From assembly GCF_000025925.1 (NCBI RefSeq), contig NC_014033.1, forward strand, positions 420,001-452,000: a stretch of DNA of 32,000 bases, given 5' to 3'. Shown here piece after piece: positions 1-6,394 of the stretch (position 1 is its first letter; the number at the start of each line of letters is the position of its first letter). The notes under the pieces are model-generated. The model saw only the letters and a program-made list of their open reading frames with translations, did no database searches and was not told the DNA's origin. A program made the position numbers and the translations under genes. The stretch comes from Xylanibacter ruminicola 23. GTDB taxonomy: Bacteria; Bacteroidota; Bacteroidia; Bacteroidales; Bacteroidaceae.

Positions 1-1
1 T

Positions 2-205
2 GTCATCAAGGACAAGGAAGCTGCCAGTCGTTTCTTTGAACAGTGTGATGGTCATGCGAGGTCCAGAATCCGTAAATACTTAGACCGCCAGGAGAAGAGT
101 ATTCAGGAGTTACTTGTCAAATGGACCACTTCGCCCGAAGACTGCTGGTACAAGATGCTTGAGAGCGAAGGCATACCCCTTATGATGCCTATAAAGGATT
201 CATAA
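2..205 (+). CDS. 3' end of an unidentified protein-coding gene (5' part outside the window)
   Basis: Frame 2 is open from the window edge to TAA at 203-205 (...KMLESEGIPLMMPIKDS*). It is followed by repeat A and a hairpin. Confidence 0.5.
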   Translation, partial: VIKDKEAASRFFEQCDGHARSRIRKYLDRQEKSIQELLVKWTTSPEDCWYKMLESEGIPLMMPIKDS

Positions 206-236
206 TCAGATTTCTACAGCATGAGGTGTAATACCC

Positions 237-272
237 CCTTCCTGTACATGTGAATTAATGAATGTAGAATAA
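237..272 (+). repeat. Copy A of a ~36-bp direct repeat (CCTTCCTGTACATGTGAATtAATGAATgTAGAATAA)
   Basis: Near-identical copies occur in the same orientation at 6307-6344 and 26340-26376. A partial inverted copy lies at 26199-26216. Confidence 0.85.
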
Positions 273-304
273 TTCCCCTCAAATCCATGGTGGTTTGAGG
301 GGAA
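273..304 (+). terminator. Hairpin (11-bp stem TTCCCCTCAAA/TTTGAGGGGAA, 10-nt loop), copy 1 of a repeated hairpin element
   Basis: The stem is perfect. The same stem recurs at 3156-3189 with the loop approximately reverse-complemented, so that copy is inverted. Confidence 0.6.
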
Positions 305-340
305 ATTTCTGTTTTGTACATGCTCTCCAATAAAAAACTC

Positions 341-395
341 AAAAAAAGTTGCTCATATATGTTAGATATTCCATTTCTCGTGTGCTATATATATG
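341..395 (+). repeat. Cassette-leader repeat R1 (AAAAAGTTGC...GTTAGATATTCCATTTCTCGTGTGCTATAT)
   Basis: The core 361-390 matches 2311-2340 at 29 of 30 positions and matches 4363-4393 loosely. Each copy lies 60-95 nt upstream of a plus-strand start codon. Confidence 0.85.
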
Positions 396-453
396 AACGC
401 CGGTTCAAACAGCGATTTTAAATTCACATTATTAATATATAAATTTAGATTAT

Positions 454-2214
454 ATGGAAGCAAGAACCATTTCAATTAACGGAGTCATTCAGCGAAACAC
501 TTTGTTGCGTATCCCTTATTTCCAGCGTCGTTACGTTTGGGGTGAGGAAGACTGGAAACGCTTTGCTATCGACATGGAGTCGACTCTCGACAGCGACCGC
601 TGCTATTTCCTTGGTGCCATCATCCTCAAGGAGGAGCCTGTAACCATGGCTGACCGTCGTAATGGCATCGCCAAGCGCCAGTTAGTCATCGATGGACAGC
701 AGCGTCTTACTACTCTGAGCATCTTCATGAAGGTTCTTCACATGATGATTGGTAAGAACGATGATTTCGCAAATCAGTTCCTTCAGGCCGACGCCGTGAA
801 GTCGCCTGTCATCATCCACAGCTGCGATGATATGCCTCAGTTCAGCAACATCATGCATCTCGATGTCCCCAATGAATTGCAGGCCGACAGCAATATCGTA
901 AATGCGTACAACTACTTCCGTACATATCTCGAAGGTCGTCGTGCCGCTGGTGTTAACCTCAACGACTTGCTGAACACTATCAATGCCTGTGTTACTTTCG
1001 TTTCTATCTCTCTGACTCGTGACGACGACGAGCAGCAGATATTCGACACCATCAACTCTCTTGGCGTGCCCCTTACTACGGGCGACCTCATGAAGAACTT
1101 CCTCTACGAAGCTGCCGACGAGGCTGCCTATCGAGATAGCTGGCGCCCGATGTTCGATGTCGACGAGGCCCGTAAGTTCTGGGATGCTGATGCCTCTGCT
1201 GCTCATCATAGCAAGTCAAAGGATAATGCTACTATCGAGCGCTTCTTCCACGCATTCGTTCGCCTGAAGATGTGGGATTTCAAGGACCGTCTTACCGAGG
1301 CACAGCGCAAAAGCTTCGTCAAAGCCGAGAATATCTTCTCTACCTGCAAGGCATTTGTCGGTGAGTTCGGCATGGATAAGCAGCAGTTAGCCAAGGAGAT
1401 ACTCGAATACGCTAAGCTGTTTAAGGACAATCTCAATGAGGATATCCTCGATACCCGCATTCCTCAGCATGCTGGCATCAAGCGCATCTCGTGCATCATC
1501 AATACCACCAAGAACTACGTTGTTCTGCCTTATGTACTCTATGTACTCCACGAGGTGGCCGATGAGGCTGAGCGCAACAAGATATTCGATTATCTCGAAA
1601 CCTACCTTGTTCGCCGAATCATTACCAAGAATCCTAACAAGGACTATTTTGGCCTCTTCTCTGAGTACCTTATCTGCCAGAAGACTGTAACTTACGATGC
1701 GCTCAAGGCATACATCGAGGATAAGGATGATAGCAAGAACCTGGCCATGCCTTCAGATGCTCGTATCCGACTCGCTCTTAACAACAATAAGTTCGATGAG
1801 CAGTACGCACGCCTGATACTCTATCTGTTTGAGACGAAGCTTACCAAGACTTCTGACAACATGATGACTGGCGGTATTTCGGCCTACTATGCCGAGTCGT
1901 TCATGCCTCGCCCTTGCCTGACAGCCAATCCCAACTGGGCTACGCATACCGACCCTGCCGATGAGGAAAATCGTCGTCAGCTGATAGGTACTATTGGCAA
2001 CTACTTCCTGCTTAATATCTGTACCGAGAAGGGTTTGAAGAAGTATCATAATGAAGGTTTTGCTGCTAAGCTTACTGTGTTGAAGAAGTTCAGTCGCAAT
2101 ATCCGTAGCGGACACATTCTCGACTCTCTGCGTAATTGGGACGAGCTGGCCATCACTAATCGCAACAACACCTTTGCCACAGGTTTCTGCAAAACCATCT
2201 GGTCTCTTGATTAA
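454..2214 (+). CDS. DUF262 (ParB-like NTPase/nuclease) protein with a DUF1524-like C-terminal region; GmrSD-type restriction-like protein
   Basis: The N-terminus reads IPYFQRRYVWGEEDW and VIDGQQRLTTL (DGQQR signature). The C-terminus reads AESFMPRP...IGNYFLLN, which resembles the EHxxP...GNLxLL His-Me finger region but has Ser where the His is expected. Confidence 0.8.
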   Translation: MEARTISINGVIQRNTLLRIPYFQRRYVWGEEDWKRFAIDMESTLDSDRCYFLGAIILKEEPVTMADRRNGIAKRQLVIDGQQRLTTLSIFMKVLHMMIGKNDDFANQFLQADAVKSPVIIHSCDDMPQFSNIMHLDVPNELQADSNIVNAYNYFRTYLEGRRAAGVNLNDLLNTINACVTFVSISLTRDDDEQQIFDTINSLGVPLTTGDLMKNFLYEAADEAAYRDSWRPMFDVDEARKFWDADASAAHHSKSKDNATIERFFHAFVRLKMWDFKDRLTEAQRKSFVKAENIFSTCKAFVGEFGMDKQQLAKEILEYAKLFKDNLNEDILDTRIPQHAGIKRISCIINTTKNYVVLPYVLYVLHEVADEAERNKIFDYLETYLVRRIITKNPNKDYFGLFSEYLICQKTVTYDALKAYIEDKDDSKNLAMPSDARIRLALNNNKFDEQYARLILYLFETKLTKTSDNMMTGGISAYYAESFMPRPCLTANPNWATHTDPADEENRRQLIGTIGNYFLLNICTEKGLKKYHNEGFAAKLTVLKKFSRNIRSGHILDSLRNWDELAITNRNNTFATGFCKTIWSLD

Positions 2215-2245
2215 CATTGTTTCCATAATAAAGTTTAGGCGATTT

Positions 2246-2280
2246 TGTGCAGCCAGCTGTGAAGCCCGCTGCACATTTTT
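2246..2280 (+). terminator. Putative intrinsic terminator of the DUF262 gene
   Basis: An 8-bp stem TGTGCAGC/GCTGCACA (2246-2253 and 2268-2275) is followed by TTTTT at 2276-2280. Confidence 0.5.
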
Positions 2281-2345
2281 CCAAGAAAATGAAAAAAGTA
2301 GCTATGGAGTGTTAGATATTCCATTTCTCGTGTACTATATTATTG
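2281..2345 (+). repeat. Cassette-leader repeat R2
   Basis: CCAAGAAAATGAAAAAAGTAGC...GTTAGATATTCCATTTCTCGTGTACTATAT. This is near-identical to R1 and shares the CCAAGAAAA(A)T prefix with R3. Confidence 0.85.
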
Positions 2346-2385
2346 AGAGTTAGTTTTTAACAAGTTATTCTTTTAATTTTAAGTT

Positions 2386-3126
2386 ATGAACATAGAAAAG
2401 AAATTACCCAGACCCAGTGTAGAGAAACTGAATGAATTTGATGAACTATGCAAGCAAACGCATGCCACCGACCTTAGCAGCGAGCAGTATCAGAGTCTGA
2501 TTGACCAGGTGAACGACATCATTGTTTCGTACGATTTGAGCAACTATGTGTTCGAAAATCCTGCCACAGGCAAGAAGGGCGTGAAAAACCCTGCGGGTGT
2601 GGTGCTTGTTCCTGCCGATTACGATGAGTTCAATTTCGTAGGCGACCACAATATTTTCACTGTGTCTCATATTGCTGCCAAGAGGGGTGGTAAGTATGGT
2701 GTTGTGACTACCGACGGCACAGGCAAGGCGCTTTGTGACTTCCGCTTTGACTATCTGCAGTGGTATCCCTACGCAGGACTTTATCTGGCACGTTGGGACG
2801 GTGTCGAAGGAAAATTTGGAATGGTCAACAAGGATGGTAAGGTGTTTATTCCTAACGTGTTGACCAAGCTCTATGATCCATGGAACGACTTCATGCTCCT
2901 TGAGAGCGATGGAAAATTTGGTGGTCTTGATATCAGTACATTCTTCTTTGTAATGCCCGAGTACGACAATATTGATGCAGAACCTGACGAACTCGTTGTT
3001 TTCCACAAAGGCGGCGTCGAAGGCTACATTGTTGAGGAGACTGGCGAATTTATTACCAAGGAACAGTATGAAGACGATGAGCAATATGTCGATGCTTACG
3101 TTTACAATACGTATGTTAACCTCTAA
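2386..3126 (+). CDS. WG-repeat (KWG-like beta-repeat) protein
   Basis: The motif G-K-[YF]-G-x-[VL]-x(2)-D-G recurs: GKYGVVTTDGTG, GKFGMVNKDGKV, GKFGGLDIS, GVEGYIVEETGE. There is an acidic C-terminal tail and no signal peptide is evident. Confidence 0.7.
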   Translation: MNIEKKLPRPSVEKLNEFDELCKQTHATDLSSEQYQSLIDQVNDIIVSYDLSNYVFENPATGKKGVKNPAGVVLVPADYDEFNFVGDHNIFTVSHIAAKRGGKYGVVTTDGTGKALCDFRFDYLQWYPYAGLYLARWDGVEGKFGMVNKDGKVFIPNVLTKLYDPWNDFMLLESDGKFGGLDISTFFFVMPEYDNIDAEPDELVVFHKGGVEGYIVEETGEFITKEQYEDDEQYVDAYVYNTYVNL

Positions 3127-3155
3127 AATGACGGACAGATTGTTAGATAATAGAT

Positions 3156-3189
3156 TTTCCCCTCAAATCACCAAGGATTTGAGGGGAAA
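3156..3189 (-). terminator. Repeated hairpin element, copy 2 (inverted relative to 273-304), between convergent genes
   Basis: The stem is identical (TTCCCCTCAAA/TTTGAGGGGAA). It sits between the WG-repeat stop (3126) and the Macro-TIR stop (3193). Confidence 0.6.
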
Positions 3190-3192
3190 TGC

Positions 3193-4323
3193 TTACTGTG
3201 TTCGTAGGATATAGTCTAGACTTGTTTTCAGTTCTTTTTCAAATTCCGGTTGAATTGAATAATCAATCTGATTAACATTTACCAAATCCATGCGTAGTCC
3301 ATCACCGAATGGTGAATGGTCTAACATAATAGGAATGATATTTTTCTTGCATGTTATTGCATATTTTACTTCATTCTTAACATAAACGGATTTATTGGCT
3401 TGCTCAGAAGACATAAAGATAACCACTCTGGTGTTTTCGATGGCTTTTTCTATTACTTCTTTAAAATCATAACTACTGAATATTCCATTTTTGTCAATCC
3501 ATGTTTTAATACCCCATTTTTCAATAAGGTCTTTTACCGCAAAGGCTTTTTCAGATTCTTCACGCTTATAGCTGATAAAAACTTCGTGATCAGGGTTCTT
3601 ATAATAGGCTAGGTCTTCTTGTGACAGTTCGATAGGTTTCCTATCATACTCAACAGAATTGTTTTCTTGTTCCTTTATGAAATTGGCAATTGCAGATTTA
3701 AAAGCAAATATTTCAAAGATGTCAAATGCACTCATATCAAGTATGCTATAGATATAAACTTCCACTTCAATAGGTCGGTTTGTTTTTTGCAGTTGATTGA
3801 ATAACTCATCAGCCATTATTTCAACTACTGTTTTATACGGCATATGTGCAGAACCTGAACCAATAATGGGGAAAGCTATGGAACTAATCTGTAGGGCATG
3901 TACTAACTGGAAACATCTGTCAATACAACTTCTCACAATGTTATTAACTTTATCAGCATTTGGAACGTTTAATCCAGCCCAAGTTTCACTCAGATATTTG
4001 TCATCAATAGTAAGACAATGGAAAATGTGTTTCTGACTAAGCTCGCCAGCACATGAAACAACAACATTCCCGATTGTCGCAGGTAGTTGTTTCTGGGCAT
4101 CTTCTTGAATATTTTTGCCACCAGCGTGACTTATGGCCATTGAAACACCCCCACTCATAGTTAAAAGGGTATCATCGCTACTGACAATAACTTCAGATGT
4201 AGATTTTGTGATATCGCCAAACTTAATTGTTACAGAAGATGCATTGTATTTGTATGTACGACTTTCCTTTTCCATCTTTCTATTATCTTGATATTTTTTC
4301 CCGCAAATATACACCTTTTCCAT
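3193..4323 (-). CDS. Macro domain - TIR domain fusion protein
   Basis: The N-terminal half matches a macro fold pattern: IKFGDITKSTSEVIVSSDDTLLTMSGGVSMAISHAGG ... HIFHC ... SIAFPIIGSGSAHMP. The C-terminal half matches bacterial TIR: VFISYKREESEKAF...GIKTWIDK...VVIFMSSEQANKSVYVKNEVKYA...IIPIMLD, including the candidate catalytic Glu. The start is ambiguous among 4356, 4323 and 4275. I trimmed it to 4323 because 4331-4395 is the conserved intergenic repeat R3. Confidence 0.75.
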   Translation of the reverse strand: MEKVYICGKKYQDNRKMEKESRTYKYNASSVTIKFGDITKSTSEVIVSSDDTLLTMSGGVSMAISHAGGKNIQEDAQKQLPATIGNVVVSCAGELSQKHIFHCLTIDDKYLSETWAGLNVPNADKVNNIVRSCIDRCFQLVHALQISSIAFPIIGSGSAHMPYKTVVEIMADELFNQLQKTNRPIEVEVYIYSILDMSAFDIFEIFAFKSAIANFIKEQENNSVEYDRKPIELSQEDLAYYKNPDHEVFISYKREESEKAFAVKDLIEKWGIKTWIDKNGIFSSYDFKEVIEKAIENTRVVIFMSSEQANKSVYVKNEVKYAITCKKNIIPIMLDHSPFGDGLRMDLVNVNQIDYSIQPEFEKELKTSLDYILRTQ

Positions 4324-4330
4324 CTTTTTT

Positions 4331-4395
4331 CCAAGAAAAATCGGAAAAAGTTGCAATAATGTGTTAGATTATCCCCTTTTCGTGTACCAATATAG
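4331..4395 (+). repeat. Cassette-leader repeat R3 (diverged copy)
   Basis: CCAAGAAAAATCGGAAAAAGTTGCA...GTTAGATTATCCCCTTTTCGTGTACCAATAT. It lies in the divergent intergenic region between the Macro-TIR gene and the gene at 4421. Confidence 0.75.
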
Positions 4396-4420
4396 TATAG
4401 AGTGTTAATTAAATAACGTA

Positions 4421-5383
4421 ATGCGTATGATAGTAGATACAATGACCGACCTCGAATTGCTGTATGAGGTAAGAAAAGATTATGAAGAGTTCAGCGCTTA
4501 TTGGTTTACTTTGTGTCATAACCCTGTATATAAGAAACGAATGAAGTGGGGTAGACCAAAAGATGGCAAATTTGTCATTCGAATCAACGAATGGAAGTCT
4601 GCTAGAGGAAACCTGTACAATTTTGTTATTACGATGTCAGGTTGGAATGATTTTAAGAAAGGTAAATTCGAAACGTCTACTACAACATTCTTTAAGCGTA
4701 ATAAGGCTCTGAATGCTATCAGGTTGATGTTTTATCAGAATGACGTGCCTGGTATTGAGATTTTTACCTCTCATTTTATCGATAGGTATAATCTGCGTTT
4801 CCTTCATCAGCCATACCTTTCTCGTAAAGCAGCCTTGCAGCTATATCTGGATAATAACCATAAAACTGTCATCACGAGCTTCCGCTCCCCCAAATACGAT
4901 TGTAATGTGATGGCAGCCGCTACCGAAGGTTATTCATTGGGTAAATTCGAAAATGACATCTTGTTGCATAAGACGTTTGTTTCTCGCGATATGCTCTATG
5001 GCAACCAGTTCGCTGATGCTGATCTTCTTGACGAAGTTTTTGCCGACTCTCATGATGGCCCAAAATCTAACATATTCACTCTTGTTGATGACTTCTCAGC
5101 CTTGTTAAACAAAGAAAAGACCGTCCCTACGATTGCTGAATTTGATCAATTTTTTGAGTTGGCTTCAAAGTACAAAGCCAAATTGGAGGATTTGGAGTAT
5201 GAAGGCAAGGAGTTCGACTTGGAATCACAGGAACTGCAGAATCAGTTTTTGTTGATGTGTGCAGGTATCGATTGGTCTAAGGGCCAGGCAAAAGATGAGG
5301 ATGGCAATCTGATTAATTTCCCTATGATGAAGCAATTGTCTATGATTCTGGGAGCCAATAACAACCTTTGGGGCAACCAGTAA
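4421..5383 (+). CDS. Hypothetical protein (320 aa), no recognisable motif
   Basis: Long ORF preceded by repeat R3 and divergent from the Macro-TIR gene. The start could be 4421, 4427 or 4442. Confidence 0.7.
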   Translation: MRMIVDTMTDLELLYEVRKDYEEFSAYWFTLCHNPVYKKRMKWGRPKDGKFVIRINEWKSARGNLYNFVITMSGWNDFKKGKFETSTTTFFKRNKALNAIRLMFYQNDVPGIEIFTSHFIDRYNLRFLHQPYLSRKAALQLYLDNNHKTVITSFRSPKYDCNVMAAATEGYSLGKFENDILLHKTFVSRDMLYGNQFADADLLDEVFADSHDGPKSNIFTLVDDFSALLNKEKTVPTIAEFDQFFELASKYKAKLEDLEYEGKEFDLESQELQNQFLLMCAGIDWSKGQAKDEDGNLINFPMMKQLSMILGANNNLWGNQ

Positions 5384-5461
5384 TGCATCCGCTGCAGATT
5401 AATGTGCTCAAATGTACATGGGGCTTGATGGAGCGTACATAATCGCCAGACGCAAAAAATA

Positions 5462-5806
5462 TCAGATTAACTCCAGAGACTCAATGGTGTCATCAATAAT
5501 CTCATAACGACTTATCCCTTCTTTGAGCTTTTCAAGGGCCCCTTCCAAGATTCCACGATGAATTCCATCTAAATCAAGCTCCTCATCTTCTTCATGCTCT
5601 TGTTCTACCACCTGATCCACAGTGAGTTTTCCATCCAGTAAGGCTTCAATGCGAGCCCACTTGATGCTATTTCTGATTCTTGCCCTTGCTACTATCGCTG
5701 CGTCATACTCCCCCGGATTCATATCAAGCGTAGCTGATGGATGCAACTTGTTGAGCTCCTGCTCAAATTTCTCACGAGTGCACAATGCTAATTCTTCTAA
5801 TTTCAT
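5462..5806 (-). CDS. Hypothetical small acidic protein (114 aa)
   Basis: ORF with an acidic central stretch (EQEHEEDEELDLD), convergent with the gene at 4421-5383. Confidence 0.55.
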   Translation of the reverse strand: MKLEELALCTREKFEQELNKLHPSATLDMNPGEYDAAIVARARIRNSIKWARIEALLDGKLTVDQVVEQEHEEDEELDLDGIHRGILEGALEKLKEGISRYEIIDDTIESLELI

Positions 5807-5888
5807 GATTCTTTTTGTTTTGGGGTTCTACTATTTCTAAAATCCATGCTTAAAGATACATTATTAAGTTATATGATTGTTGTTTTTT

Positions 5889-5922
5889 ATATCTATAACA
5901 CCAGGCAGAATGTTATAGATAT
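5889..5922. promoter_or_regulatory. 12-bp perfect inverted repeat (ATATCTATAACA / TGTTATAGATAT) in a divergent intergenic region; candidate operator
   Basis: The arms are 5889-5900 and 5911-5922, separated by a 10-nt spacer. It lies between the divergent starts at 5806 (-) and 6032 (+). Confidence 0.4.
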
Positions 5923-5965
5923 GTAAATTAAGAGTCTGGTCAGCATAATTATACCTTTAATTTTT

Positions 5966-5996
5966 TTTGATGTTTGTGAGAATTTGCCTATATTTG
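5966..5996 (+). promoter_or_regulatory. Bacteroidetes-type promoter (-33 TTTG, -7 TATATTTG)
   Basis: TTTG at 5966-5969 and TAnnTTTG (TATATTTG) at 5989-5996 are 19 nt apart, about 35 nt upstream of the ATG at 6032. Confidence 0.6.
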
Positions 5997-6031
5997 CAGC
6001 ACGATATGTAACTTAAAACCCTTTGAAAGTT

Positions 6032-6304
6032 ATGGCACGATGTCCTAAAACTGCAGCCGAGGCCTTTAAACGTTTAGACCGCAGGCTTACAAAACAAGAG
6101 AAACAGCAGATAGCTGAAGCCGAAGATGTGGTTGAGTTCCACTTTGGCCTTGGTATGTGGATTCGAAACTATTGGATCTATACTGGCGAGAGCGAGAATC
6201 TCGAGTCGCTTCTTAAAGATTTGGGCGAACCAGAGTTTCTGATTGGCGATATGGCTTCATCTGCCATTCTCGACGCATATCAGAAACATCTGAGAGGAAA
6301 GTGA
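6032..6304 (+). CDS. Small hypothetical protein (90 aa from ATG 6032) with an HFGLGMWIRN motif; possibly DUF6794-like (unverified recollection)
   Basis: The ORF track begins at TTG 6023 and the first ATG is at 6032. The gene sits directly downstream of the promoter above. Its stop codon lies just upstream of repeat B and falls within the similarity that extends about 10 nt upstream of the repeat. Confidence 0.55.
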   Translation: MARCPKTAAEAFKRLDRRLTKQEKQQIAEAEDVVEFHFGLGMWIRNYWIYTGESENLESLLKDLGEPEFLIGDMASSAILDAYQKHLRGK

Positions 6305-6306
6305 TA

Positions 6307-6344
6307 CCTTTCCTGTACATATGAATAAATGAATAGTTGAATAG
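6307..6344 (+). repeat. Copy B of the ~36-bp direct repeat (CCTTTCCTGTACATATGAATAAATGAATAGTTGAATAG)
   Basis: It aligns with copy A (237-272) and copy C (26340-26376). Similarity to A extends about 10 nt upstream (GTGATACC). Confidence 0.85.
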
Positions 6345-6394
6345 TTTTCAAGAAAAATAGCTTATTCAAGAAGAACTTAATAAAAGAGAAATGT

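Noticed and set aside
341-395. Reading the cassette-leader repeat as a standard Bacteroidetes promoter
   Set aside because: The candidate -7 boxes (TATATATG, TATTATTG) each deviate from TAnnTTTG and have no TTTG at the expected spacing of about 20 nt. The promoter interpretation is therefore left open rather than called.
682-2274. Antisense and out-of-frame ORFs inside the DUF262 gene (682-1209, 1206-1460, 1436-1690, 1753-2274)
   Set aside because: They are fully nested in a longer ORF with clear family motifs, and none has a motif or an independent signal.
4324-4356. N-terminal extension of the Macro-TIR ORF (MQLFPIFLGKK)
   Set aside because: It is encoded by the conserved intergenic repeat R3, which also occurs upstream of unrelated genes. 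An internal Met at 4323 or 4275 is the more plausible start.
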